DNA of 64,000 nt. Source: a virus. The DNA is taken from positions 51,656 through 115,655 of the IMG/VR virus record IMGVR_UViG_3300027741_000030, one strand, 5' to 3'. Shown here one piece after another: positions 49,660-58,376 of the stretch. Every line of letters begins with the position of its first letter. The first letter of the stretch is position 1. The notes beneath the pieces were generated by a model. It searched no databases. It was not told the origin of the DNA and saw nothing but the letters and a program-made list of their open reading frames with translations. The position numbers were made by a program, and so were the translations under genes.

Positions 49660-49981
49660 AAATACACTTCAACTAATTAGCGATATTACAGAGTTTAATG
49701 ATCTTCATGAGTACATGCAGGACGAGCATTTAGACAAAGCCCTTGCCATAGTTGTTAAGATATTAATGAATCCAGAAGTTCCCTCTGCAAAAGCACCTAT
49801 GCTTATAATGGAGCTCCAGGCAATGTCTACTAAGTTTGCTGTGATGGCTTCAGTTTATTCTACTATCGCCAAAGACAAATCTGGAACAGTAAACAATAAC
49901 AAGAAGAACGTATACTATTCTGTAAAGGAGTCCATAGACAAGCTTGTAGATGCACTTAAGTATGTCGTTAGGTACAACTAA
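49646..49981 (+). CDS. Hypothetical helical protein
   Basis: ORF within the core replication operon. Confidence 0.55.
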   Translation: MTEDKNTLQLISDITEFNDLHEYMQDEHLDKALAIVVKILMNPEVPSAKAPMLIMELQAMSTKFAVMASVYSTIAKDKSGTVNNNKKNVYYSVKESIDKLVDALKYVVRYN

Positions 49982-49984
49982 TAA

Positions 49985-50776
49985 ATGGGTAGAGATATAG
50001 TAAAAAATCTTAAATTTAAAAAACATGCTGGTAAGCATTTTGATCCAGAAAGATTTGCTCAGCTGCTCGATGAGTCGTATCGTAATACTAAACGTGCTGA
50101 TGGAGAGATGACAAAAAAATCATTTAGCCCAAGCTCCCTGGGATATGGACACGGAAGATGCCCCAGATACTGGTACATGGCTTTTTCTGGCGCAGTATTC
50201 ATTGATGAAAATGATGCAGTTGCCGTAGCAAACATGGCACAGGGAACTCAAGCTCATGAAAGACTTCAAAAGCTTATTTCTACTATGCCAGAGTGGAGGG
50301 CGGAAGAAGAAGAAATTGTTAGCGAGTACCCACCCATCAGAGGCTTTATAGATCTTATCATGGAGTATGATGGTGAAACGGTTATAGGCGAAATCAAAAC
50401 AGCTAAGCAGGAAGTATGGGATACGAGACAATCAGAGATGAAATCATCTGCAAACCACATGCTTCAGCTACTAACTTATATGAAATTAAAGAACGCAAAA
50501 GAAGGATTCTTTTTGTATGAGAATAAAAATACACAGGAAATATTAATTATTCCAATATCAATGAATGATAAGAATAAAAAAATTATCGAGGATGCATTTT
50601 TGTGGATGCAGGAAGTATATGATAATTTTAAAGACGGAGATCTACCAATGAGACCCGCAGGATCTACAAAGTCAAAAATGCCATGTACGTATTGTCCAAT
50701 TAAAAAAGAGTGCTATTCAAAAGAAACTCCTTTGGGAACTGTTCAAATTGAGCTGTTTGAGGTGGCAGGTATATGA
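49985..50776 (+). CDS. Cas4-like PD-(D/E)XK exonuclease
   Basis: CPRYW, GTQAHE, GFIDL, EIKT, QLLTY, CTYCPIKKEC. Confidence 0.85.
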   Translation: MGRDIVKNLKFKKHAGKHFDPERFAQLLDESYRNTKRADGEMTKKSFSPSSLGYGHGRCPRYWYMAFSGAVFIDENDAVAVANMAQGTQAHERLQKLISTMPEWRAEEEEIVSEYPPIRGFIDLIMEYDGETVIGEIKTAKQEVWDTRQSEMKSSANHMLQLLTYMKLKNAKEGFFLYENKNTQEILIIPISMNDKNKKIIEDAFLWMQEVYDNFKDGDLPMRPAGSTKSKMPCTYCPIKKECYSKETPLGTVQIELFEVAGI

Positions 50777-51051
50777 TTTGTGTAAACTCAGAATGTAAAA
50801 AAGATTTTAATCCTAAAACACATAATCAAAAATACTGTTCTGATGAATGTTGCAGAATAGCAACAAACAAAAGAATTATGGAAAAATATTATGAAAAAAA
50901 AGCAATAAAAAATGGAGCTATTAGAAGTTGTAAAAAATGCAAAGCAGAACTTAGCAGATACAATAGCGAAAATGTTTGCTCAATCTGTCAAAAAAATAAC
51001 TATAAAAAATCTAAGGATCTTCTCTTGGAGATAATAAATGAAATTAGCTAG
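50773..51051 (+). CDS. Cys-rich zinc-finger protein
   Basis: CVNSEC, YCSDEC, CKKC, CSIC. Confidence 0.65.
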   Translation: MICVNSECKKDFNPKTHNQKYCSDECCRIATNKRIMEKYYEKKAIKNGAIRSCKKCKAELSRYNSENVCSICQKNNYKKSKDLLLEIINEIS

Positions 51052-51604
51052 CTTAGTTAAAACAAAAGCTTACAGGGTTTTGGGTATAGACGCCTCAACA
51101 AATTCAATAGCCTTTTGCTTAATGGAAAATGATGTTCCTTTAAAATGGGGTAAGGTAAACCTATCTGGCGAAGACATCTATGAAAAAATACATGATGCAA
51201 AAAATAAAATGTCAGTAATGTTAGATGAATTAAAGTCTGATTACATAGCAGTAGAAGGCGCAGTGCTTGTCAGATCACCAGACGCTGTGATAAAATTGTC
51301 TTACGTATACGGAGTAGTTATTGCTGAACTAATGTCTACTGGCGCAAAGGTTATTACAATTAGCCCGTCCGCTTGGCAGTCATACATAGGCAATAAGAAC
51401 CCAACTAAAGATGAAAAGTCTGCAATAAGGCTGGCTAATCCAGGCTATGCGGATTCATGGTATAAAAATCAATTACGTAATATGAGGAAGCAGAGAACTG
51501 CTGACTACTTTAATAAAAAATATGGTTTACAAATTGTGGATTTTGATGTTGCAGATAGCTTTGGTATTGCACATTATAGCAACCAGGTGCTTACAAAACG
51601 ATGA
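51038..51604 (+). CDS. RuvC-like Holliday junction resolvase
   Basis: VLGIDAS, IAVEG, DVADSFGIA. Confidence 0.8.
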   Translation: MKLASLVKTKAYRVLGIDASTNSIAFCLMENDVPLKWGKVNLSGEDIYEKIHDAKNKMSVMLDELKSDYIAVEGAVLVRSPDAVIKLSYVYGVVIAELMSTGAKVITISPSAWQSYIGNKNPTKDEKSAIRLANPGYADSWYKNQLRNMRKQRTADYFNKKYGLQIVDFDVADSFGIAHYSNQVLTKR

Positions 51605-51744
51605 AGCTGTATCAGAGTAAAGACTGGCTATATAGAAGATATGTAGTTCAAAAGAAAAATGTGACAGAGATTGCTAAAGAGTGTAATGTGTCTGCTATGA
51701 CTATACAGAGATATTTAGAAAAATTTAATTTGATGAGGAAATAA
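51601..51744 (+). CDS. 47-aa HTH protein (absent from ORF track)
   Basis: MKLYQSKDWLYRRYVVQKKNVTEIAKECNVSAMTIQRYLEKF; coupled at both ends. Confidence 0.7.
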   Translation: MKLYQSKDWLYRRYVVQKKNVTEIAKECNVSAMTIQRYLEKFNLMRK

Positions 51745-52547
51745 TGTTAGATCGTAATTTATTAATAAATCATCCAGAACCAGAAAAAATAGAATGGCTA
51801 AGGATTAGTAAAGAAGATTATATTGAAATTGAAAAAGTTGCAACCGATAATGTTGTTTTTTTTGATCCGTTTGTTATTGATAATTTTTTTAATGAGAATG
51901 ATTTTGAAGAGCTAAAAGAATATTTATTTAATAAAGACAAATCAGAATTTGAATATCAAGAGAATATGAAGAAGTTAGAAAAAGTTGTTGATCTGCCAGA
52001 AAAATTTGTTGATATGGCAACTAAAAAACTAAAGAGTATTTTAAATACAGAAGATTTAATAATGACTCATTCAAGATTTGCACATCATCAAATATCTAAA
52101 GATAAAGAAAAGCCAAATGTTTATTTCCATATAGATAGATCTCCAGGAACTTACATGGTAAACATACATATAGATGGCAATAAAGAATGGGGATTTGTTG
52201 TAAACGATAAAGAGTTCGTTACAAAACCATCACAATCAGTTTTGTGCCAGCCAGAATTTGATTTCCACTACAGGCCTGAGTGGATAGGCGATGATGAAAA
52301 TGAATATCATCAAGCTTTGTTTTTATTTTTTGTAAATAAAAATCATTGGTCAATAAGTAAAGATAATTTAGAACAAACCAGATCTGATTATTTAAATAAT
52401 AAATATAATTTTGGAAAAGATTTTAAAAATTCAAAAGAGTTAAGAGGCTTTGCAGATCAAAAATTTGAAATGTTTTTTAAATATTATAAAGAATTAAATA
52501 AAGATTTATTAAAAAAAACTAACCCAGGATTTGGAAAAAAACAATGA
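51744..52547 (+). CDS. Divergent Fe(II)/2OG oxygenase-like protein
   Basis: IDNFF N-terminus, FHID, FHYR...LFLFF pattern. Confidence 0.5.
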   Translation: MLDRNLLINHPEPEKIEWLRISKEDYIEIEKVATDNVVFFDPFVIDNFFNENDFEELKEYLFNKDKSEFEYQENMKKLEKVVDLPEKFVDMATKKLKSILNTEDLIMTHSRFAHHQISKDKEKPNVYFHIDRSPGTYMVNIHIDGNKEWGFVVNDKEFVTKPSQSVLCQPEFDFHYRPEWIGDDENEYHQALFLFFVNKNHWSISKDNLEQTRSDYLNNKYNFGKDFKNSKELRGFADQKFEMFFKYYKELNKDLLKKTNPGFGKKQ

Positions 52548-52876
52548 CACCTAAAACATACCCGAATAAAGAAGGCGGATACCAAGCTTGGATAACTGAC
52601 CTTCAGTTAATTTCAACAGATGCCCCATCAGGACATAAGATTATTGTAGAATGCTTAGAGATAGCAGAAATGCTAATTAAAAAGAATATATCATACGGAA
52701 ACTCTGCCCTGGAACCAATTCGTATATTTTCAAAGGCGGACTCAAAAGAACAGATTCGTGTACGTATTGATGACAAGCTTAATAGAATTCAAAATGATCA
52801 GGCTTTCCCAGGAGACAATGACATTGACGATTTAATAGGCTATTTAATTTTATTAAAAATTGCAAATAAATCTTAG
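52544..52876 (+). CDS. Nucleotide-modification-associated domain protein (DUF1599-like)
   Basis: KKNISYGNS...RIDDKLNRI...DLIGYLILL. Confidence 0.6.
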   Translation: MTPKTYPNKEGGYQAWITDLQLISTDAPSGHKIIVECLEIAEMLIKKNISYGNSALEPIRIFSKADSKEQIRVRIDDKLNRIQNDQAFPGDNDIDDLIGYLILLKIANKS

Positions 52877-52903
52877 TCAACTAAAACATGGTATAATAAT
52901 TAT

Positions 52904-53452
52904 ATGACAGAATTAGAGCCAGCAGTTCATTTTGACCGTATGAATAAAGTTGTTCAGGAATTGCTTAAGGGCAATTCAGCAACCCAGATAGCCACACTAA
53001 CAGGTTTCTCAAGAAAAGAAGTTTTAGAATATGTAGATGAGTGGAAATCTGTTGTTCATAATGATCAAAACATGCGTGACAGAGCAAGAGAGGCTATCTC
53101 TGGTGCTGACGAACATTATGCAATGCTCATCAAAGAAGCCTGGAAAACTGTTGAAGATGCGGACACACAAGGCCAGCTCAACGTTAAAGCTGGAGCCCTT
53201 AAGCTTATAGCAGACATAGAGACAAAAAGAATTGCAATGCTTCAGTCAGTAGGAGTTTTAGAAAACTCACAGCTTGCATCTCAGATTGCAGAAACAGAAA
53301 GAAAGCAAGAGCTACTTGTTGGCATTCTAAAAGAAGTTACCGCTGGATGCCCTAAGTGCAAGATGGAAGTTGCAAAACGTTTGTCTCAAATAACTGGTAT
53401 AGTTGAGTCTATAAAAATTGAAGATGCAGAGGTTATAACTAATGTTCAATAA
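52904..53452 (+). CDS. HTH + coiled-coil protein, probable terminase small subunit
   Basis: LLKGNSATQIATLTG HTH; lies upstream of TerL; extended -10 at 52889. Confidence 0.55.
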   Translation: MTELEPAVHFDRMNKVVQELLKGNSATQIATLTGFSRKEVLEYVDEWKSVVHNDQNMRDRAREAISGADEHYAMLIKEAWKTVEDADTQGQLNVKAGALKLIADIETKRIAMLQSVGVLENSQLASQIAETERKQELLVGILKEVTAGCPKCKMEVAKRLSQITGIVESIKIEDAEVITNVQ

Positions 53453-54068
53453 AGATGGCTTTAAAGAAATTGGTAAAAATATATATGTATATAACAACTT
53501 TTTGTCAGACGAAGAATGCAATTTAATACTTGAAGATATTTTAAAATTAAAAGAAGAGGATTGGTCGGTAATACCTGGAACTAAAACTAAAGATTATTTT
53601 GGATCTATTGATCATTTAAAATCAATAATAAATGTAAGAAAAAAAATAATTTCTTTGATGTCAGAAGATAGTTATTGCACAATAGGTGGTAGAGTTCAAA
53701 AATTGCTTAAAGGTGCATATAGAAATCCTCATGCAGACATATATCAGTATCAAAATGTAGTTGATAAATCAGATAAATATATTAATGGACAAGATTTTGA
53801 ATTAGCAGATTTAATAACACATGGAACAATACTTTATTTTAATGAATTTGATGGAGGAGAGCTATGCTATTCAAATCAAAACAATTTAACATATAAGCCC
53901 AAAAAAGGTGATTTCCTAGTGCATGGTGCAGAAGAAGAATGCAGGCATGGAGTAAAAGAAATTTTAAGTGATGTTCGTTATTTTGCTGTAGGACATTTTT
54001 TTAAACACGTCAAAGTCCCAGCTGGATCTAATTTTAAATATACTCCAGCAAACAAGGCTCTGGGATAA
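53442..54068 (+). CDS. Fe(II)/2OG oxygenase
   Basis: NFLSDEEC, PHAD, YFNEFDGGEL, RHGV...VRY. Confidence 0.82.
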   Translation: MFNKDGFKEIGKNIYVYNNFLSDEECNLILEDILKLKEEDWSVIPGTKTKDYFGSIDHLKSIINVRKKIISLMSEDSYCTIGGRVQKLLKGAYRNPHADIYQYQNVVDKSDKYINGQDFELADLITHGTILYFNEFDGGELCYSNQNNLTYKPKKGDFLVHGAEEECRHGVKEILSDVRYFAVGHFFKHVKVPAGSNFKYTPANKALG

Positions 54069-54070
54069 AA

Positions 54071-55873
54071 ATGTCATTTGATTTTTCTGATTTAATTGAT
54101 ATTTTAGATGGTGAAGAGTTTGAAGAAAAGCCAGTAGACTTAAGAACATTTGTAAATGATCCAAACTATTTAGGCCTTCCTCCGCTATCTGATTATCAGT
54201 ATATATTGATAGAAAAAAGCTCTCAGATATATAAAGAGTCTACATTAAAAAAATTATTTGGAGAAGATGAGGGTGCAGTTAGGTTTAAACAAACTGCCAA
54301 TGAAGTAGTTGCTCAGCTAGGTAAAGGTTCAGGAAAAGATTACTGTTCTACAATTGCTGTGGCATACATAGTATATTTACTTCTCTGCTTAAAAGATCCA
54401 GCAACGTATTACGGTAAACCTGCTGGTGACTCTATTGATATTATTAATATTGCTATTAACTCACAGCAAGCAACCAACGTATTCTTTAAAGGGTTTAAAA
54501 GCCGAATAGACAAGTCGCCATGGTTTGTTGGTAAATATTATTCCAAGGCATCTGAAATTCAATTCAGTAAAGCTATAACAGTACACTCAGGTCACTCAGA
54601 AAGAGAAGCTTGGGAGGGATACAATGTTATTGTTGTAATCCTTGATGAAATTTCTGGATTTGCAATTGAAAATACTACTGGGCACGATCAAGCAAAAACT
54701 GGTAGTGCGGTATATGACATGTACAGGGCCTCAGTAGATTCACGTTTTCCAGACTTTGGAAAAGTAATCTTACTATCATTTCCCAGATTTAAAAATGACT
54801 ATATACAGCAAAGATATGATGCTGTTGTTGGAGAAAAAGAAACTGTAGTTAGAGAGCATAAATTTAAGATGTACGAGGAGCTACCAGATGGCACAGAAGG
54901 CAATGAGTTTGAGATACAATGGGAAGAAGATCATATTGTATCTTATAAAATACCTAAAGTATATGCTATTAAACGCCCAACTTGGGAGATTAACCCAGTT
55001 AGAAAAATTGACGATTTTAAAACAGCATTTTACACAAACCCAACCGACGCCCTTTCAAGATTTGCATGCATGCCCCCCGACGCAATTGATGCATTTTTTA
55101 AATCAAGAGAAAAAGTAGAAAAAGCTTTTAATGTTGGCGCAATTGCAGTAGATAATTTTGGAAGACTTGAAGAATGGTTCTTGCCAGACCCAGATAAAAA
55201 ATATTACATACATGTAGACTTGGCTCAAAAACATGATCATTGTGCTGTAACTATGGCACATATAAACAAATGGGTAAACGTCAAAGTCACAGACACCTAC
55301 TCTCAGCCAGCTCCAATAGTAGAAGTAGATGCTGTAAGATACTGGACACCAACTAAAGATAAGTCGGTAGATTTTACAGAAGTAAAAGACTATATTCTTT
55401 CTCTTAAGACAAGAGGATTTAATATAGCAATATGTACCTTTGACAGATGGAACTCTCATGATATGATGCAACAACTAAAACAATACGGCATCAATACAGA
55501 GATTCTGTCTGTCGCTAAAAAACATTATGATGATATGGCAATGGTTGTTGCTGAAGAAAGATTAATTGGGCCACATATACCTTTGCTTATAGACGAATTG
55601 TGCCAGCTTAGAATCATGAGAGACAAGGTGGATCACCCTAGAAAGGGTTCAAAAGATTTAGCGGATGCTACTTGTGGAGCTATATTCAATTCAATTAGTA
55701 GAACAAGATTTGATAACAATCAAGAAATTAATGTGCATACTTATGAATCAATGAGTTATGATAATGATTTTGGGTCCAAAGATGACCCAGATACAACATC
55801 TTATAATATGATCAGGGCACCAAGAATGCCCCAAGATTTAAGAGAAGCAATGGACAGGATGCAAATAATATGA
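54071..55873 (+). CDS. Terminase large subunit
   Basis: GKGSGKD, VILDE, HVDLAQKHD, FDRWNS, DHPRKGSKDLADA. Confidence 0.9.
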   Translation: MSFDFSDLIDILDGEEFEEKPVDLRTFVNDPNYLGLPPLSDYQYILIEKSSQIYKESTLKKLFGEDEGAVRFKQTANEVVAQLGKGSGKDYCSTIAVAYIVYLLLCLKDPATYYGKPAGDSIDIINIAINSQQATNVFFKGFKSRIDKSPWFVGKYYSKASEIQFSKAITVHSGHSEREAWEGYNVIVVILDEISGFAIENTTGHDQAKTGSAVYDMYRASVDSRFPDFGKVILLSFPRFKNDYIQQRYDAVVGEKETVVREHKFKMYEELPDGTEGNEFEIQWEEDHIVSYKIPKVYAIKRPTWEINPVRKIDDFKTAFYTNPTDALSRFACMPPDAIDAFFKSREKVEKAFNVGAIAVDNFGRLEEWFLPDPDKKYYIHVDLAQKHDHCAVTMAHINKWVNVKVTDTYSQPAPIVEVDAVRYWTPTKDKSVDFTEVKDYILSLKTRGFNIAICTFDRWNSHDMMQQLKQYGINTEILSVAKKHYDDMAMVVAEERLIGPHIPLLIDELCQLRIMRDKVDHPRKGSKDLADATCGAIFNSISRTRFDNNQEINVHTYESMSYDNDFGSKDDPDTTSYNMIRAPRMPQDLREAMDRMQII

Positions 55874-56100
55874 GCGAATACCAAGAAAAAGCAAAAGAAT
55901 GCAAATGCTGTAGCAAGCATGTGCCCCTACCTACCGTACTAAGAGAATACTCTGGCATAGTTGTATGCCCAACAACATTTGCAAATATAGTAGAGTATAA
56001 AAGGATATGGGAATCGTATGGACAAAGACCTATGGGAAGCATTAGAAAACATTTTTCAGAATACGTACAGCAGATAGTAGAAAAAGAATTTGTTAAATGA
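55870..56100 (+). CDS. Small Cys-containing hypothetical protein
   Basis: CKCC...CPT; overlaps both neighbours. Confidence 0.5.
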   Translation: MSEYQEKAKECKCCSKHVPLPTVLREYSGIVVCPTTFANIVEYKRIWESYGQRPMGSIRKHFSEYVQQIVEKEFVK

Positions 56101-56999
56101 ATTTAGATATATGGAAAGAGTCATCTTATCCACTAAAGAATGACATATCTGATTGGCAAAATGTTTGTAACGAGTATGGCTTTAACTCTAAAGAATTTTC
56201 TAGCTCAGCAGATTTTTTAGCTTTAGGGTGTTCTATGACATTTGGGATAGGTGTTGAAGAAAATAAAAATTGGGCAGACATAATTTCTAAAAATGCTAAT
56301 TTAAATGGACACAACCTATCAGGATGTGGGAAATCAATAATGTGGAGCATAAATAAATTTTTTTCATACGTAAACAAATTTGGTAATCCAAAATTTGTAT
56401 TTTGTTTTTTCCCAGAGTTTTATAGGATTGAAATTGCTTCAAGAGCTGATCACATGATTCCAAAATACAATCATTTCCCAAAAAATAATTTAAACGAAAA
56501 AGATATTATAAGGTACGGAGTCTGGAATAAAAATAATAATAAAAATGAATTTAAAATAAATGAATCTTTAATTGCAGAAAACGTAATCCCAAAAGAAACT
56601 TCTTTTGATATATCAATTCAATATATAAAGATGTTAGAAATGTATTGTAATTCTAACAACATAAAGTTATTTTGGACAACGTGGTCTCAAGAGGAGTCTG
56701 ATTGGCTAGATTTAAATGTACAAAATACTGAATTTAAAAATTATATATCAAGCGATATGAAAAATTGGCATTGCAGAAGTGTTGATAATATGAAAGAAAT
56801 TTTTTGTCAAAACATATCTCAATGCTCTTCAAATGACGAATGTAGTTTTGCAGATAGCTGCCATCAAGAATATTCAAATGAAAAAAATTTTTATTATCCA
56901 AGGGATGCATATACCTCACCAGCCGTACATTTTGGCTTTCATAGACAAATTCATATTGCAGAAATGTTTTTAAAATCTATTGACGTTCCTGTAGTTTAA
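56097..56999 (+). CDS. SGNH/GDSL-like hydrolase
   Basis: LGCSMTFG (block I), NLSGCGKS, C-terminal HFG...HIAE. Confidence 0.55.
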   Translation: MNLDIWKESSYPLKNDISDWQNVCNEYGFNSKEFSSSADFLALGCSMTFGIGVEENKNWADIISKNANLNGHNLSGCGKSIMWSINKFFSYVNKFGNPKFVFCFFPEFYRIEIASRADHMIPKYNHFPKNNLNEKDIIRYGVWNKNNNKNEFKINESLIAENVIPKETSFDISIQYIKMLEMYCNSNNIKLFWTTWSQEESDWLDLNVQNTEFKNYISSDMKNWHCRSVDNMKEIFCQNISQCSSNDECSFADSCHQEYSNEKNFYYPRDAYTSPAVHFGFHRQIHIAEMFLKSIDVPVV

Positions 57000-57008
57000 A
57001 TGTATAAT
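56980..57008 (+). promoter_or_regulatory. Promoter for tRNA-ahpCD unit
   Basis: TTGACG-N17-TATAAT, 10 nt before the first tRNA. Confidence 0.7.
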
Positions 57009-57018
57009 TTACTAACTG

Positions 57019-57092
57019 GCGCCAGTAGCTTAGTTGGTTAAAGCCCCGAACTCATAATTCGGTAATCGTAGGTTCGAGTCCTACCTGCCGCA
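57019..57092 (+). tRNA. tRNA with CAT anticodon (Ile2/lysidine type or elongator Met)
   Basis: Cloverleaf: acceptor GCGCCAG/CTGCCGC (one C-C mismatch), anticodon arm CCGAA-CTCATAA-TTCGG, T arm GTAGG-TTCGAGT-CCTAC. Lacks initiator features. Confidence 0.88.
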
Positions 57093-57093
57093 C

Positions 57094-57165
57094 ACCTCTG
57101 TAGCTCAGCGGAAGAGCAACAGACTTCTAATCTGTTGGTCGCTGGTTCAATTCCAGCCAGGGGTA
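57094..57165 (+). tRNA. tRNA-Arg(TCT)
   Basis: ACCTCTG/CAGGGGT; ACAGA-CTTCTAA-TCTGT; GCTGG-TTCAATT-CCAGC. Confidence 0.93.
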
Positions 57166-57200
57166 CGATACACCGTATCACTTATATATAAGGAGAAAAA

Positions 57201-57737
57201 ATGAAAACCGTAGGAGATAAACTCGGTAATTTTGCCGTTACTGGAGTTAAACCTGGAGCTTTGTCTTATGAAGACAGCTCTTTTGAAACAATTACGCAAG
57301 ATTCTTTTCCAGGCAAATGGAAAATTATTGCGTTTTACCCAAAGGATTTTACCTTTGTTTGCCCAACAGAAATAGTTGCGTATGATGCATTAGTTAATGA
57401 TTTTAATGACAGAGATGCAATTCTTATGACGGGTTCTGTTGATAATGAATTTTGTAAAATTGCATGGAGAAATGCACATGAAGATCTTAAGAAGACAAAC
57501 TCATGGTCATTTGCAGATACAGCACATCAACTTGCAAACGATTTAGGAGTTCATCATCCATCAGGTGTTGCTTATCGTGCAACATTTATTATAGATCCAG
57601 ATAACATTATTCAGCATGTTACATGCAATAACCTTGATGTAGGACGTAATGCTGATGAAGCCTTACGTGTATTGGATGCACTTCAAACAGGAGAGCTATG
57701 TCCATGCAATAGGCCATTAGGAGGAGAAACTCTATGA
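57201..57737 (+). CDS. ahpC: Peroxiredoxin AhpC
   Basis: FYPKDFTFVCPTE, RATFIIDP, GRNADEALRVLDALQTGELCPC. Confidence 0.95.
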   Translation: MKTVGDKLGNFAVTGVKPGALSYEDSSFETITQDSFPGKWKIIAFYPKDFTFVCPTEIVAYDALVNDFNDRDAILMTGSVDNEFCKIAWRNAHEDLKKTNSWSFADTAHQLANDLGVHHPSGVAYRATFIIDPDNIIQHVTCNNLDVGRNADEALRVLDALQTGELCPCNRPLGGETL

Positions 57738-58249
57738 CAAATTGGGTTACTCAACTTCAAGAATCTATTCCAGAATTTGCAAAAGACATTAAGCTTAATT
57801 TAGATGCAGTAATAAATAGATCAGAAATTGATCCAGAATATGCATTACATATTGCAATAGCATCAGCATTTGCTACTGGAAATTCAAAGCTACTAGCTTT
57901 TTTGGTTGCTAATTCAAATGATGAATTGGAAAAAAATGCAGCACTTGGAGCAGGTGCTGTCATGGCTCAAAACAACGTTTGGTATCCATATTCAAGAAAA
58001 TCACATAACGAAGAATTTAGACAAGTTAATGGTCAGCTTAGAATGAATATAATTGGAACCCATGGCGGAACTACAAAAGCTAAATTTGAATCATATGCAT
58101 TAGCAGCATCAATAATTGGTAAATGTGATTATTGTGTTTCTGGGCATTTTGATCTTCTTAAAAATGAAGGTTACACCAATGAACAGTTGCGTGATATTGG
58201 AAGAATTGCAGCAACAATTAATGCATTAGCAAAAATACTTAACGCATAA
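57734..58249 (+). CDS. ahpD: Alkylhydroperoxidase AhpD
   Basis: IPEFAKDIKLNL, MAQNNVWY, LRMNII, FESYALAAS, CDYC...H; coupled to ahpC. Confidence 0.9.
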   Translation: MTNWVTQLQESIPEFAKDIKLNLDAVINRSEIDPEYALHIAIASAFATGNSKLLAFLVANSNDELEKNAALGAGAVMAQNNVWYPYSRKSHNEEFRQVNGQLRMNIIGTHGGTTKAKFESYALAASIIGKCDYCVSGHFDLLKNEGYTNEQLRDIGRIAATINALAKILNA

Positions 58250-58254
58250 AAAAA

Positions 58255-58280
58255 CTCCTTGGCAAGAGAATAAACTGCCA
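58255..58280 (+). ncRNA. Putative H-type pseudoknot motif, copy 1
   Basis: CTC-CT-TGGCA-A-GAG-AATAAAC-TGCCA; covaries with copy 2. Confidence 0.5.
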
Positions 58281-58283
58281 TAC

Positions 58284-58356
58284 GTTCCTATAGCTCAGCT
58301 GGTAGAGCAGCAGACTTTTAATCTGCGGGTCGATGGTTCGATACCATCTGGGGACA
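58284..58356 (+). tRNA. tRNA-Lys(TTT)
   Basis: GTTCCTA/TGGGGAC; GCAGA-CTTTTAA-TCTGC; GATGG-TTCGATA-CCATC. Confidence 0.93.
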
Positions 58357-58376
58357 CATATGATAGAATATAAGTT

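Noticed and set aside
49985-50776. Cas4 as evidence of a CRISPR-Cas system
   Set aside because: No cas1, cas2 or array; stand-alone Cas4-like nucleases are common in phage recombination modules.
39228-55873. Inteins or introns in DnaB, DnaE, RecA or TerL
   Set aside because: Lengths are normal, motifs are contiguous, and no splice-junction signatures were seen.
57019-57092. Initiator tRNA-fMet
   Set aside because: G1-C72 is paired and the anticodon stem lacks three consecutive G-C pairs.
58255-58280. tRNA-associated HDV-like (theta) ribozyme or preQ1 riboswitch
   Set aside because: Too short for a nested double pseudoknot, located 5' rather than 3' of the tRNA, and lacking the preQ1-I consensus; kept as an unassigned motif.
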